A DNA stretch of 64,000 nucleotides from Candidatus Eiseniibacteriota bacterium (GCA_965224245.1 OZ245046.1:3744001-3808000), one strand, 5' to 3'. Shown: positions 28,243-37,766, counted from the first letter of the stretch. Notes: generated by a model from the sequence alone, not told the origin. Made by a program: numbers and translations.

Positions 28243-29403
28243 TCACACGAGCTGATCGATCGAAGTCCACGGGATCGCTTGCACGCCCGGCGCCAGCCCC
28301 CCGCCGGGGACGGCGGACGTCACGGGTCGATGAACGACGGCAGCCGATACGTCGTACCGCTCCACCACCCTCGACAGCGTGGCGATCGGCTTCGCCATGC
28401 TCGGTGTCGGCGTCCGAGTCGCCTTCGCCTCGACAAGCGACAGCCCCGTCGCACCATGCGGGATCACGAAATCGACCTCGAGTCCCTGCCGGTCGCGAAA
28501 GTGGTAGATCGCCCGTGCCCGACCCGAGTGAATCTGCGATTTCACGATCTCCGACGCGACCAACCCCTCGAAGAGCGGCCCCAGGAACGGTGAGCGCTCG
28601 AGTATTTCATCCGAATCGATCCCGAGCAGGTGCGCGGCGAGGCCCGAGTCGGCGAAGTAGAGCTTGGGTGCTTTCGTGATTCGCTTGCCGAAGTTCTCGA
28701 AGAACGGCGGCACGACGATGATCTGCGCGGTGATCTCCAGCACGCCGATCCACTCGGAGATCGTCGGCACCGACACCCCGAGCGGACCGGCGAGTGCGGT
28801 CTTGTTCAACAGCTGCCCCATGCGGGTCGCGAGGAGCGCCAGGAACCGGCGAAACGTCGCCAGGTCCTTCACGGCGAGCACCGATCGGACGTCGCGCTCG
28901 AGGTAGGTCTGTACATAGGAGCGAAACCACAGATCGCGGGTGGACGGCCGTGCGATCACCTCCGGGTAGCCGCCCCCGAGGAGTGACACCCGCGGCTGTT
29001 CCGAATGTGAGAACGGCAAGAGCTGAAAGATCGCCGCCCTGCCGGCCATGGACTCCGAGACTCCCCTCATGAGGGCCGCCTCCTGCGACCCGGTGAGAAT
29101 CCACTCCCCGGTCGTCCCGGGCGATGCGTCGATCTCGCTCCGGATGTAGTTCAGAAGCTCGGGGGTGTTCTGGATCTCGTCCAGAATCACGGGACGGGAG
29201 AGCGCGTCGAGAAAGCTCCTCGGGTCACTCCGAACCCGGTCGACGACGTCGGGATCTTCGAGCAGCACGTAGTGAGCGCTCGGCAGGCAGTGCCGGAGGA
29301 GGGTCGTCTTTCCGGATCGCCGCGGACCCGTGACGATGAGCGCGGGGAAGCCGCCAAGTGCCCTTTGCAGCTCGAGTTCGAGGCGACGACGAATGTACTT
29401 CAT
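28243..29403 (-). CDS. AAA_14 ATPase with DUF4143 (PD-(D/E)xK-like) domain
   Basis: 'GPRRSGKTT', 'LDEIQ', 'LTGS', 'ESMAGR', 'GGYPE', 'KAPKLYFADSG', 'EVDFV...VEAK'. Confidence 0.92.
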   Translation of the reverse strand: MKYIRRRLELELQRALGGFPALIVTGPRRSGKTTLLRHCLPSAHYVLLEDPDVVDRVRSDPRSFLDALSRPVILDEIQNTPELLNYIRSEIDASPGTTGEWILTGSQEAALMRGVSESMAGRAAIFQLLPFSHSEQPRVSLLGGGYPEVIARPSTRDLWFRSYVQTYLERDVRSVLAVKDLATFRRFLALLATRMGQLLNKTALAGPLGVSVPTISEWIGVLEITAQIIVVPPFFENFGKRITKAPKLYFADSGLAAHLLGIDSDEILERSPFLGPLFEGLVASEIVKSQIHSGRARAIYHFRDRQGLEVDFVIPHGATGLSLVEAKATRTPTPSMAKPIATLSRVVERYDVSAAVVHRPVTSAVPGGGLAPGVQAIPWTSIDQLV

Positions 29404-29404
29404 G

Positions 29405-29438
29405 TGACATTTCTAAGGTGTTACTTAAGATTTGTCAA
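29405..29438 (-). promoter_or_regulatory. sigma70 promoter for a probably leaderless DUF4143 gene, inside an imperfect palindrome
   Basis: Minus strand TTGACA-N17-TAGAAA-N6-ATG; TGACA...TGTCA inverted ends. Confidence 0.6.
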
Positions 29439-29489
29439 TACTGAACGCCGACGACTAGACGACCGGACAGGCTACGGGGCTCGTCATCT

Positions 29490-29920
29490 CCATGACACGG
29501 GCATCCCACGCGGGATGTGATGGTGACGGGCTGGACCCTCTGCACCGGCGGACCCGAGCAGCTCATCGAAAGCTGGCCGGCATCGGGTCCGGCATCCGGG
29601 TCGCGTGGCCCGGCGGGGAGAAACCCCCGACATGGGAGTTCGTGAAGCTCGGCTACCCTCGATTGCACCGTGCGTCGGGTTCCTCGACCAGACGCCCTCT
29701 CCGGGACAGGCATTCGCGAGGATGTTCGGCGATGGCGGTGGGGTGTACGAGATCCTGCCAGAGGGACTCGCAAGGCCGACCTGAGCGGTATCTTCGGCTT
29801 CGACGTCGGTGAGGGGGAAGGCCTGCGCGTCGTGGACCCCGGTGGAGACGGGGATCGGGGGGCGAGGCGGAGCCCCGACTCGATCGAACCGTCGTCCGCA
29901 TCCATCGCGCGCGCCACTGA
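29490..29920 (+). pseudogene. Possible frameshifted gene remnant
   Basis: Protein-like pieces in different frames: 'GWTLCTGGPEQLIESWPAS' / 'SGIRVAWPGGEKPPTWEFVKLGY' / 'FGDGGGVYEILPEG' / 'ADLSGIFGFDVGEG'. Confidence 0.3.
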
Positions 29921-29945
29921 TGCCGGATCTCAGCGACTCGGACAT

Positions 29946-29981
29946 GGAAACGGCCCGCTCCCCGCGTCGCAAACGGGCCGT
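29946..29981 (-). terminator. Putative intrinsic terminator after rpmG
   Basis: ACGGCCCG / CGGGCCGT inverted repeat followed by a short T run on the minus strand. Confidence 0.4.
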
Positions 29982-30023
29982 CGAACGGGCTCGATGGAAG
30001 GGCGAGAACGCGAAGGACCGCGC

Positions 30024-30176
30024 CTACAGCTTGGCTTCCTTGAACAGCACGTGCTTGCGCGCCCGGGGATCGTACTTCTTGATCTCGATCTTGTCCGGGT
30101 GCTTCCGCTTGTCCTTCTTCGCGATGTAGAAGTAGCCGGTGCCGGCCGTCGAGACGAGCTTGATCTTCTCACGCAT
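30024..30176 (-). CDS. rpmG: 50S ribosomal protein L33 (zinc-free type)
   Basis: Translated by hand: [50 protein letters not shown] (too short for the ORF track). Confidence 0.97.
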   Translation of the reverse strand: MREKIKLVSTAGTGYFYIAKKDKRKHPDKIEIKKYDPRARKHVLFKEAKL

Positions 30177-30185
30177 GATCGCCCC

Positions 30186-30422
30186 CTACACCTTCTCGCC
30201 GCGCGCGCGCATGTCGGAGAGCACGCGCTCGATCCCGACCTTGTCGATGATCTTGATGCCCCGCGCGCTCACGCGCAGCCGAACCCAGCGACGCTCGTTC
30301 GCGACCCAGAAGCGGCGCGACTGCAGGTTCGGCAGAAAGCGACGCTTGGTCTTGTTGTGCGCGTGCGAGACGTTGTTGCCCACACTCGGGCGCTTCCCGG
30401 TTACCTGACAGACTCTCGACAT
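30186..30422 (-). CDS. rpmB: 50S ribosomal protein L28
   Basis: [33 protein letters not shown]...; GGAGGA RBS. Confidence 0.98.
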   Translation of the reverse strand: MSRVCQVTGKRPSVGNNVSHAHNKTKRRFLPNLQSRRFWVANERRWVRLRVSARGIKIIDKVGIERVLSDMRARGEKV

Positions 30423-30884
30423 GGCTTCCTCCGCGGTCGAGTCGATCCGCTTTCGGCCGCGTGGCTCGATGGTTGGCGTGCGCTGGGCACGGACGACCTG
30501 AATCAGGGCGAGGAGTGTACACCGATCCCGCGGACGGTGTCCACGGCTGGACGCCGATCCGGCCGGGAGCCCCGCCGTTCCGCGTAAGATATTGTCATAT
30601 TGCTGTTTAGAGAGACACCCGGATACCCACACGGGCGATCCGAGCGCCGGGGTGCCCACCGGGGGCGGTGCCCGGCCAGCACCCGGCCGCCGCCCGGCAG
30701 CCGCCCGATCGCCGCCCGATCGCCGTCCGAAGACCGTTGGGGCCCCCACCGGCAACGCCTCGGCGGCCCGCGCTGGACCCACGACGCCCCGGAACCGGTG
30801 GCCGCGCGCGGAGGTTGCAAACGGATCGGACAACACGCAGAGTCGACTCGGACGGCGTCACCCCATCGGTCGAGAGGGACCTCG

Positions 30885-33446
30885 ATGAAACGGAAGCGGC
30901 GTGTTCTGACCATCCTCCTGGCGATCCCGGCAGTGCTGGTGCTGCTCATGGTCGCCGGCGTCCTCCTGATCCCCCGTGACCGCCTCGTGGAGCTGGCGCT
31001 CGATCGCGTCCGCGCGTCCACGGGACGCGAGATCGAGGTCGGGACGAAGAACGTGCGGCTCTTTCCGAACGTCGCGGTCACGCTCGGGGACGTGAGCTTC
31101 GGAGAGCGCGCCGAGCCCAACAAGCCGCGCCTGGCCGCCGACGAGATCTCGTTCGGGCTTCCCCTGAGGCCCCTCCTCCAGCGGAACGTCGTGCTCGACG
31201 GCGTCCGCATCGTGAACCCGGTGGTCGACATCGTCCTGTCCGAGACCACCGATGGAGCGGTGCCGACGCCGACCGCCCCCGAGGCCGAGGGAGCCGCCGA
31301 CGTCGCGATCCGTCAGTTCGACATCGTCGGCGGCGCGGTGCGGGTCCGCCGCGCGGACGGGACGCTCCTGGCGTCGCTCGGCGGGCTGTCCGAGCAGCTC
31401 TCGGCCACCGCGTCGCGCGCGGGCATGATCAGCCTCACCGGCACCACCACGCTGGACACGCTCCTGGTGTACCTGCCGGCCGGACGGCTGGGCGACGGGC
31501 TCTCGCTCACGCTCCAGAAGACGCTGAGCTACGACGTGGCGACCGACGTCCTCGAGCTCGACGAGGTCACGCTGAGCCTGGCCGGCGTCCCCATCGGCGT
31601 CCGGGGCCGGGTCACCGAGGTCCGCGAGAACCCGACGGCCGACCTCCGGCTCGAGGGCGGCCCGGCGGAGGTGGCGAGCCTCCTCGGCCTCGTCCCGAGT
31701 CAGCTCTTCCCGGAGATCGCCGGGGTCGAGTCTTCGGGACGCTTGGAGGTCACGGGGTTCCTGGCCGGACCGCTGCAGACGCCGGGCGGGCCGGCGTTCG
31801 ACCTCACGCTCACCCTGGACGACGGCGAGCTGCGATACCCGGGTATCGCCGACCCGATCCGGTCGATCGCGCTCGAGGCCCACGCGACGCCCACCGACAT
31901 CGCCATCCAGTCGTTCCGGGCCGAGGTGGCCACGAGCCGCATCGCCGGCCACGCCAGCATCCACGACTACCGGAACGACCCCGCGTACACGCTCGCCATC
32001 GACGGCGACATGGCGCTCGCGGATCTGGTCGCGTTCAACCCGGCGCTGGACTCGCTCGCGCTGGGAGGGCGCACGGCCGCACAGATCGTCGTCGAGGGCC
32101 AGGGCCAGGATCCCGACGCGGCCGTCATCAGCGGCACCGCGCGCGCCGAGGACGTCTCGATGCGTGCGGCCCAGCTCCGGGTGCCCGTCACCGCGGTGAC
32201 CGGCGACGTCGTGATCGACGGGCGGACGGTCACCACCGACGGCATCAGCGCCAGGCTCGGCAAGAGCGACGTGACCGTTCGCGGGCGTATCGACGACTTC
32301 CTCGCGCTCGACCCGCGTCGCACCGATGCCGGACGCGCGACGGCCACGCTCGACGTCACGTCCGCGCTCCTCGACGTGGACGAGTTCATGCCGCCGCGCC
32401 CCGAAGGCGACGGCGGAGCCACCGAACGCGTGCCTCCCGCCGAGCCCCTCCTGCCGGAGCTACCGAGGCTCGACGGCCGCGCGGACGTGACGATCCAGCG
32501 ACTGCACTACGACCGTGCCGACGCGGAGAACGTCCGCGGCACGCTGAACCTCTCCGGCAACGAGCTGACCATCGACAACGCCACCGGCGACGTCTTCGGG
32601 GGCAAGATCGCCCTCGGCGGCACGGTGGATCTCGCCGCGCGCGAGGCCCCGGCGTTCGACGTCCAGACGACGGTCACCGGGTGCAGCCTCCGTCAGGTCA
32701 TGGCGTTCAATCGTGGGCTCGATCGCTTCAGCGGCATCGCCGAGCACATGGACGGCACGATGTCGTCGACCTCGCGGCTCCAGGGACGACTCGACTCGGG
32801 GCTCCAGCTCGACAGTCCGGCGCTGAGCGGCCTCGGTGACGTCGAGGTCACGCAGGCCACGCTGCAGCGCTATCCGATCCAGGAGCAGCTCGCGCGATAC
32901 CTGGGCGCCGATGCGATGCGCCAGCTCTCCGGGCTCGACCTCCTCCAGCCGTTCCGGATCGAAGACGGGCGCCTCACGTTCGACGGGCTCTCGATCACCG
33001 GGAAGTCGCTCTCGGCGAGCGGAAGCGGCTGGACCGACATCACCGGCAAGTACGCGCTGACGCTCGACCTCCTGCTGCCGCGCGCGATGGCCGCCGGAGT
33101 GGGGTCCAGGCTGTCCCCGGAGCTGTCCGGGCTCGTGCTCGCCGGCGACGATCCGACCATCATGCTCCCGGTGACCGTGTCGGGATCACGCGGCGGAAAC
33201 GCCGAGGTCACGATCGACACCGGGAAGCTCGGCGAAGATGCGAGACGGCGCGCCGCCGCGCGCCTGGCCGAGGAGAAGGCGCGTCTCGAGGCCGAGGCGA
33301 AGGCGCGCGCGGAGGCCGCCGCGGCCGAGCTGCTCGGGCGTGACACCGCCGACACCACGCGCGTCGAGACCCTCGTCGAGGACGAGGTCAAGGGACGGGT
33401 GAAGGACGCGCTGGACGGGCTGTTCGGAAAGAAGAAGAAGAAGTAG
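30885..33446 (+). CDS. AsmA-family (bridge-like lipid transport) protein
   Basis: N-terminal anchor MKRKRRVLTILL..., 'STGREIEV...VRLFPNV...LRPLL...VRIVNPVV', repeated beta-taco segments, C-terminal 'LDGLFGKKKKK'. Confidence 0.85.
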   Translation: MKRKRRVLTILLAIPAVLVLLMVAGVLLIPRDRLVELALDRVRASTGREIEVGTKNVRLFPNVAVTLGDVSFGERAEPNKPRLAADEISFGLPLRPLLQRNVVLDGVRIVNPVVDIVLSETTDGAVPTPTAPEAEGAADVAIRQFDIVGGAVRVRRADGTLLASLGGLSEQLSATASRAGMISLTGTTTLDTLLVYLPAGRLGDGLSLTLQKTLSYDVATDVLELDEVTLSLAGVPIGVRGRVTEVRENPTADLRLEGGPAEVASLLGLVPSQLFPEIAGVESSGRLEVTGFLAGPLQTPGGPAFDLTLTLDDGELRYPGIADPIRSIALEAHATPTDIAIQSFRAEVATSRIAGHASIHDYRNDPAYTLAIDGDMALADLVAFNPALDSLALGGRTAAQIVVEGQGQDPDAAVISGTARAEDVSMRAAQLRVPVTAVTGDVVIDGRTVTTDGISARLGKSDVTVRGRIDDFLALDPRRTDAGRATATLDVTSALLDVDEFMPPRPEGDGGATERVPPAEPLLPELPRLDGRADVTIQRLHYDRADAENVRGTLNLSGNELTIDNATGDVFGGKIALGGTVDLAAREAPAFDVQTTVTGCSLRQVMAFNRGLDRFSGIAEHMDGTMSSTSRLQGRLDSGLQLDSPALSGLGDVEVTQATLQRYPIQEQLARYLGADAMRQLSGLDLLQPFRIEDGRLTFDGLSITGKSLSASGSGWTDITGKYALTLDLLLPRAMAAGVGSRLSPELSGLVLAGDDPTIMLPVTVSGSRGGNAEVTIDTGKLGEDARRRAAARLAEEKARLEAEAKARAEAAAAELLGRDTADTTRVETLVEDEVKGRVKDALDGLFGKKKKK

Positions 33447-33458
33447 TAGTAGTAGTAG
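33429..33458 (+). repeat. (AAG)5(TAG)5 compound trinucleotide repeat: five Lys codons then five in-frame stops
   Basis: aagaagaagaagaagtagtagtagtagtag read directly. Confidence 0.95.
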
Positions 33459-33502
33459 CGCCGGGCGACATCCGCCCTCACCGTGCCGCGTCCCGCAGCA
33501 CG

Positions 33503-34339
33503 TCACTCGTCGGGCGAGAGCTCCGCGAGCTGCCACGGCGCCGGCTCGTGGCAGGGCCAGAGTCGAGCCCGGAAGCTCGTCTCGGGCTCGGCGGCCCGGC
33601 GTGCGATCCGAACGCGTGCGATGTCTTCCAGCGACAGCTCCACCGCACCCCCCAGGTCCACGAACCCGCCGATCGCCGCGATGCTCAGCGGCCGCCCGCG
33701 ATCGGCATCCTGCGACATCGCTCGCGTCGGGTGATCCTCGGGACGCGCATGAAGCGCCTCGAGCACCGACCCGAGGCGCCGGGCTTCCGATCGTGCGACG
33801 TACACGACGGCGAAGGCATCGAGATCGTCTCCCGGCCGCACGTCCGAGACGGACCACGTGGCACGCGTGCCGGTCGCCGCGTCGGGGACGTCGGGACTCA
33901 CCGCGTCGGCCGCCGCGAGCGGGGCATTTGCGGCGATCGCGGCGATCGGGTCGATCGCGGCGACCACGGCGCGGAGCGCGTCGGACACACCATCACGTCC
34001 GATCACGCCGATCCGGATCTCCGGCCGGCCGCGCTCGACGGCGGCCGCCATCTGGGTCACGTAGCCCGCGACGACGAGTGCGGTCTCGTCGGTCCGGAGC
34101 TCATCCGGGCTTCGCCAGCCGCGGCGACGCCCGCTCTCGGCCACGTACCGGAATCCGGGGGGATCCACCGGGCCGCTCGACGGGGCACGAGCCACCGATC
34201 GCGGGGTCGCCACGCGCGCCTCGGCGTCCGGGGCCGGCGTACCGGCGGCGGCCGCCGCCGCGAGGGACGCGGCGACGAGGATCGTGAGACCGAGCGGTCC
34301 GAGCTGACGAGTCGACGGTGTCATGCGCACTCTGGCCAT
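33503..34339 (-). CDS. Divergent YfiR/DUF4154-family periplasmic protein
   Basis: Signal peptide; 'IRIGVIGRD', 'VVYVARSE', 'LSIAAIGGFVDLGGAVEL' resemble YfiR. Confidence 0.55.
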   Translation of the reverse strand: MARVRMTPSTRQLGPLGLTILVAASLAAAAAAGTPAPDAEARVATPRSVARAPSSGPVDPPGFRYVAESGRRRGWRSPDELRTDETALVVAGYVTQMAAAVERGRPEIRIGVIGRDGVSDALRAVVAAIDPIAAIAANAPLAAADAVSPDVPDAATGTRATWSVSDVRPGDDLDAFAVVYVARSEARRLGSVLEALHARPEDHPTRAMSQDADRGRPLSIAAIGGFVDLGGAVELSLEDIARVRIARRAAEPETSFRARLWPCHEPAPWQLAELSPDE

Positions 34340-34555
34340 GGTTGGCGAGGATCGACGAACGGATGCGGTGACGGAGCGTCACCACGGACATCCGGCCGGA
34401 GCGGCGAGCCGGCGGCCACCAGTGAGGATCGGACGCTCACCTCTGAACTTGAACGCTTTCCGGGCGGATCCCGCGCTCGGGGCCACTCGCCTGCTCGACC
34501 GCCCGAGGTCGTCCGTCCGAGGCGGTTCCGAGCCACGCCGTGCGCCGGTCGGCAC

Positions 34556-34579
34556 GTGTAGTTGTTACAGGACCTGTGA
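34556..34579. promoter_or_regulatory. Putative sigma54 enhancer (UAS), copy 1: GTGTAG-N6-CAG-N4-TGTGA
   Basis: Same pattern as 37879-37902; about 140 bp upstream of the sigma54 site at 34699. Confidence 0.5.
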
Positions 34580-34698
34580 AATCAACCGACCCGTCCGGGT
34601 GAGCCGATCGCTGCACGGCCCCCCGGGGCACGGGTGAAGACTCCGCAACGCATTCGATTGCCTGCAGTTAGACCGGACACCCAGATCCGTGGTGCGCG

Positions 34699-34714
34699 TG
34701 GCAGGCTCCTTGCG
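34699..34714 (+). promoter_or_regulatory. sigma54 -24/-12 promoter for the DUF1328 gene
   Basis: TGGCAGGCTCCTTGCG (GG-N10-GC). Confidence 0.7.
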
Positions 34715-34774
34715 ACATCATCGGAGCCGAGCAACGACGGACGAGTGTGTACCCCACACGGATGGGAGGATCCC

Positions 34775-34948
34775 GTGCTTGGACTTTCGATCACCTTCTT
34801 CCTGATCGCGCTCGTGGCGGCGGTGTTCGGGTTCGGCGGCATCGCCGCCGGCGCCGCGGGCATCGCGAAGCTCCTGTTCTTCATCTTCCTCGTGCTGTTC
34901 GTGGTGTCGATGATCGCGCGTGCGCTGCGGGGACGATCGGTCATGTAG
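34775..34948 (+). CDS. DUF1328/UPF0391 small membrane protein (YtjA-like)
   Basis: '[35 protein letters not shown]'; GGAGGA RBS. Confidence 0.92.
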   Translation: MLGLSITFFLIALVAAVFGFGGIAAGAAGIAKLLFFIFLVLFVVSMIARALRGRSVM

Positions 34949-35169
34949 CGTCCCACATCGGCGCCGATGCGTACCGCCGCGTCGGCGCCGATCGCATCCC
35001 GGCCCGCGGTGAACCCACCCCGCTCGACCGTGCGTCCCACCCTGCATCCGGAGGCGGAACGGAGCTCCCGCTCCGTAACCGCCCCCGGCACCTCGCCGGT
35101 CCCGCGCGACGGCGGGCTCGTTTCGTCCTCGACCGGAGGCTCGACCCTGCTCGTCCAGGTCGCGTCGCG

Positions 35170-35664
35170 TCAGTGGAACGTCCACCCCACGGTCAGCTCG
35201 AGGTCGGGCTGATCGATGAGTCCCAGCCGACTCTCGACGAAGAACGAGCTACCGCTCCGAAGCCCCTTCTCGATCCCTCCCACGGCGGACAACCCCACGT
35301 CGGTGTGCGAGTCGTCGCCGCGATCGCGGCCGCCGTCGTGGTTCACCACCACGATCCCCAGGCCGCCCCCCAGATACGGGCTCCAGGCCTCCCAGTTCTC
35401 GGCGAACCGGTACGTGCCCTCGAGCGCGTTGATCGAGATGACGGTCACGTCGTCCCCGACGCCGAGCTCCACGCTGGGCTGGTAGCGAACCCGATCGAAC
35501 AGACGCCCCGCATTGATGTGCACGCCACCGGTCACCTGATCGGGATCGATGCGCAGCCCGACGCGCGGGCCCCATCCGGAATGGCCCGTGGCGGGCTCGT
35601 CGGCGCCGGCGGGTACGGCGGCCATCGCCAGGACGAGTGCGGTAGCCGTCAGTCGTTGCGTCAT
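35170..35664 (-). CDS. Small outer-membrane beta-barrel protein
   Basis: GGAGG RBS, signal peptide MTQRLTATALVLAMAAVPAGA, 'GPRVGLRIDPDQ', 'PYLGGGLG', C-terminal 'VGWTFH'. Confidence 0.75.
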   Translation of the reverse strand: MTQRLTATALVLAMAAVPAGADEPATGHSGWGPRVGLRIDPDQVTGGVHINAGRLFDRVRYQPSVELGVGDDVTVISINALEGTYRFAENWEAWSPYLGGGLGIVVVNHDGGRDRGDDSHTDVGLSAVGGIEKGLRSGSSFFVESRLGLIDQPDLELTVGWTFH

Positions 35665-36077
35665 GATTGCCTCCATGGCTTGGGGGTGAACCGCACGTCG
35701 TGTGGGCCTCACGCCGGCGACCGGTCCGTCGGGTCCTCGCCGGTCCTGGCGGCGCGACGCGCCGAGTACGCCGCGCGTCGAACGTGGCGTACGGGCGCCG
35801 GAAACCGCATCCCGTCGAGTGACCGTTCGTGTAGACACCCGCGTGACGGCACCGGTCACACCCTCGTGGACCGACTGCGTGGGCACGGGCGAGCGAGCCG
35901 ACTCGGTGCGGGCGTGCGATCGTGTGAAGCCCGGGCGGCGCAGAACATGCAGAACATCTTGCGTGACGAGGCCGGAACGGATCCGGTGACGCCGCGCGAC
36001 CGCCGGTCTGCCGGTGGCCGCGCGGGCTGGACCGGCTCCCAACCCCGCGAACGGACGCGGCGGGAGCCGAACCCGAG

Positions 36078-36638
36078 CTAGCTTCGAACCGACAGTCGCG
36101 CCGGCTCGACGATGTGAACCGCGAGCCTTCGCCCGCGGGGAAGCTCGACCGCTCCGCTCTCCGCGGCGGGGACGATGACCACGTCGGCGGTCTCTTCCGT
36201 CGTACCCGCCTCCGCGGCGCCGGCATCGACGCCGCTCGCCGTGCGTGTCGTCGCGTCACCCGGCGGCGACACGTCCGGCGAAGCGGCCACGAAGGCGATC
36301 GGGCGCGTCTCGATCTTGCTGGACCGGTCGGCATCCGTGTCGATCTCGCGGAACAGGAGCGTGATCTTCTGCGTCCCGATCGGATCGACGTGCACCACCT
36401 GCGCGTCCAGCCGCGTCCCCGCGGGCAGGAGCAGGTCCGAGGCGTCGTCGTACAGCGGGGCCATCAGCGTCGCGTGCACGATGTCTCCGGGGCGATGTTC
36501 CTCGGACGTCACGTCCTCGCTGAGCATCACGATCATCGTCGTTCCGGCCGGAACGACCTTCTCCGTCGTCGACGATTCGCACGCGGCGGTGGCACAGAGC
36601 GCCACCACGAGGCTCGCACGTCTGATGAGGGTCACCAT
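36078..36638 (-). CDS. Hypothetical lipoprotein with a TrbI/VirB10-like beta domain
   Basis: Lipobox 'TAAC'; 'VPAGTTMIVML', 'LPAGTRLDAQV', 'VELPRG' repeats. Confidence 0.6.
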   Translation of the reverse strand: MVTLIRRASLVVALCATAACESSTTEKVVPAGTTMIVMLSEDVTSEEHRPGDIVHATLMAPLYDDASDLLLPAGTRLDAQVVHVDPIGTQKITLLFREIDTDADRSSKIETRPIAFVAASPDVSPPGDATTRTASGVDAGAAEAGTTEETADVVIVPAAESGAVELPRGRRLAVHIVEPARLSVRS

Positions 36639-36659
36639 CGTCGTCACCTCCTCACGCGG

Positions 36660-37628
36660 TCATTCCGGGTCATCGGTTTCGTCGGTGGTCTCATCGACGG
36701 CGGCCACGCGATCGTCACCGGTGGGCTCGCTCAGGCTCTCGAGGTTGGCTCGGGCTCGCTCGCTGCCTGCGGCGGCCGCCTCCTCGAACACGGCTCTCGC
36801 CTCGTCGACCCGGCCGCTCCGCTCCAGCGCGACGCCGAGGTTGTTCAGCACGTAGGCCGGCAGCATCTGCCCGGTCCGAGCGGCGGTGGCTCGTGCCTCC
36901 TCGAGGCTCGACGCGGCCCGCTCGTACTCGCCGCGCATCAGCAGCACGTACCCGTGATTGTTCCGGGCGTACAGGTTGGCGCCATCGAGCTCGCAGGCCC
37001 GGCGAAACGCGGTCTCGGCCTCGTCGAGGCGCTCGGCGGACAGGAGAGCGCGGCCCCTGACGTTCCAGGCGATGCTCGACGAGTCGTCGAACGCCGTGGC
37101 CTGGGCGCTCAGATCCAGCGCGCGGTCCACGTCGGGCGGCTCGACGTCCAGGAGGGCGCGGCTCAGATTCACCCGGACATCCCGCTGCATCGCGACGTCC
37201 TCGGCGAACGCCCCGAGGAGCGGCTCCAGGAGTCGCTGTGCCTCGCGTGCACCGTCGGGTCGGTGGAGCGCCTCCATGGCGTCGGCGTAATCCCGGCGGG
37301 CGTCCTCGGCGCTCGGGGTGTCGCTGACGTTCGCGGACGTGGGTGCGTCTTCGGCCGGCTCGGAGCCGGCCGATGGGTCGGTCGTCACGGCATCGTCCGA
37401 CGGCGCACCGGCCGACGATGCGTCAGCCGGCGGCGCATCCTCCGATGGCGTGGCGGGTGTCGTCGCGGGCTCCTCCGCCGCCGGCGGCGTGACCTCCGGC
37501 GCCTCGTCGTCCATTCGAACGCCGGCGGTGGACTCGCGTCGCTTGGCCTCGGAGGGCGTGCCGATCGAGCAGACCCCGATGGCAATCAGCGCTGCCAGCG
37601 GCAGCAGCACGGCTCTCGTGTTCGTCAT
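36660..37628 (-). CDS. Secreted tetratricopeptide-repeat protein
   Basis: Signal peptide, acidic linker, TPR motifs 'AWNVRGRAL', 'ARNNHGYVL', 'VLNNLGVALE'. Confidence 0.8.
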   Translation of the reverse strand: MTNTRAVLLPLAALIAIGVCSIGTPSEAKRRESTAGVRMDDEAPEVTPPAAEEPATTPATPSEDAPPADASSAGAPSDDAVTTDPSAGSEPAEDAPTSANVSDTPSAEDARRDYADAMEALHRPDGAREAQRLLEPLLGAFAEDVAMQRDVRVNLSRALLDVEPPDVDRALDLSAQATAFDDSSSIAWNVRGRALLSAERLDEAETAFRRACELDGANLYARNNHGYVLLMRGEYERAASSLEEARATAARTGQMLPAYVLNNLGVALERSGRVDEARAVFEEAAAAGSERARANLESLSEPTGDDRVAAVDETTDETDDPE

Positions 37629-37750
37629 CGCTCACCTCTGCTATCGTGGGCAGCCCCTCGCTCGCCGATTCGATTCGGTCTGCGCGGCACGAGCCGCCGT
37701 CGGGCCTCGATTCGGGATGCCGTTCCCGACTCCTCGTCGATCCCGTGAAG

Positions 37751-37766
37751 CGCAAATGACGTGCCG
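37751..37766 (-). promoter_or_regulatory. sigma54 -24/-12 promoter for the TPR-lipoprotein genes
   Basis: Minus strand CGGCACGTCATTTGCG, close to consensus YGGCACGnnnnTTGC. Confidence 0.75.

Noticed and set aside
34550-34566. CGGCACGTGTAGTTGT as a fourth sigma54 promoter
   Set aside because: It lacks the GC at the GG-N10-GC position and overlaps the enhancer-like motif instead.
35940-35963. GCAGAACAT tandem repeat as a LexA box
   Set aside because: The spacing is GAAC-N5-GAAC, not the N7 of the alphaproteobacterial box; single occurrence with no SOS gene adjacent.
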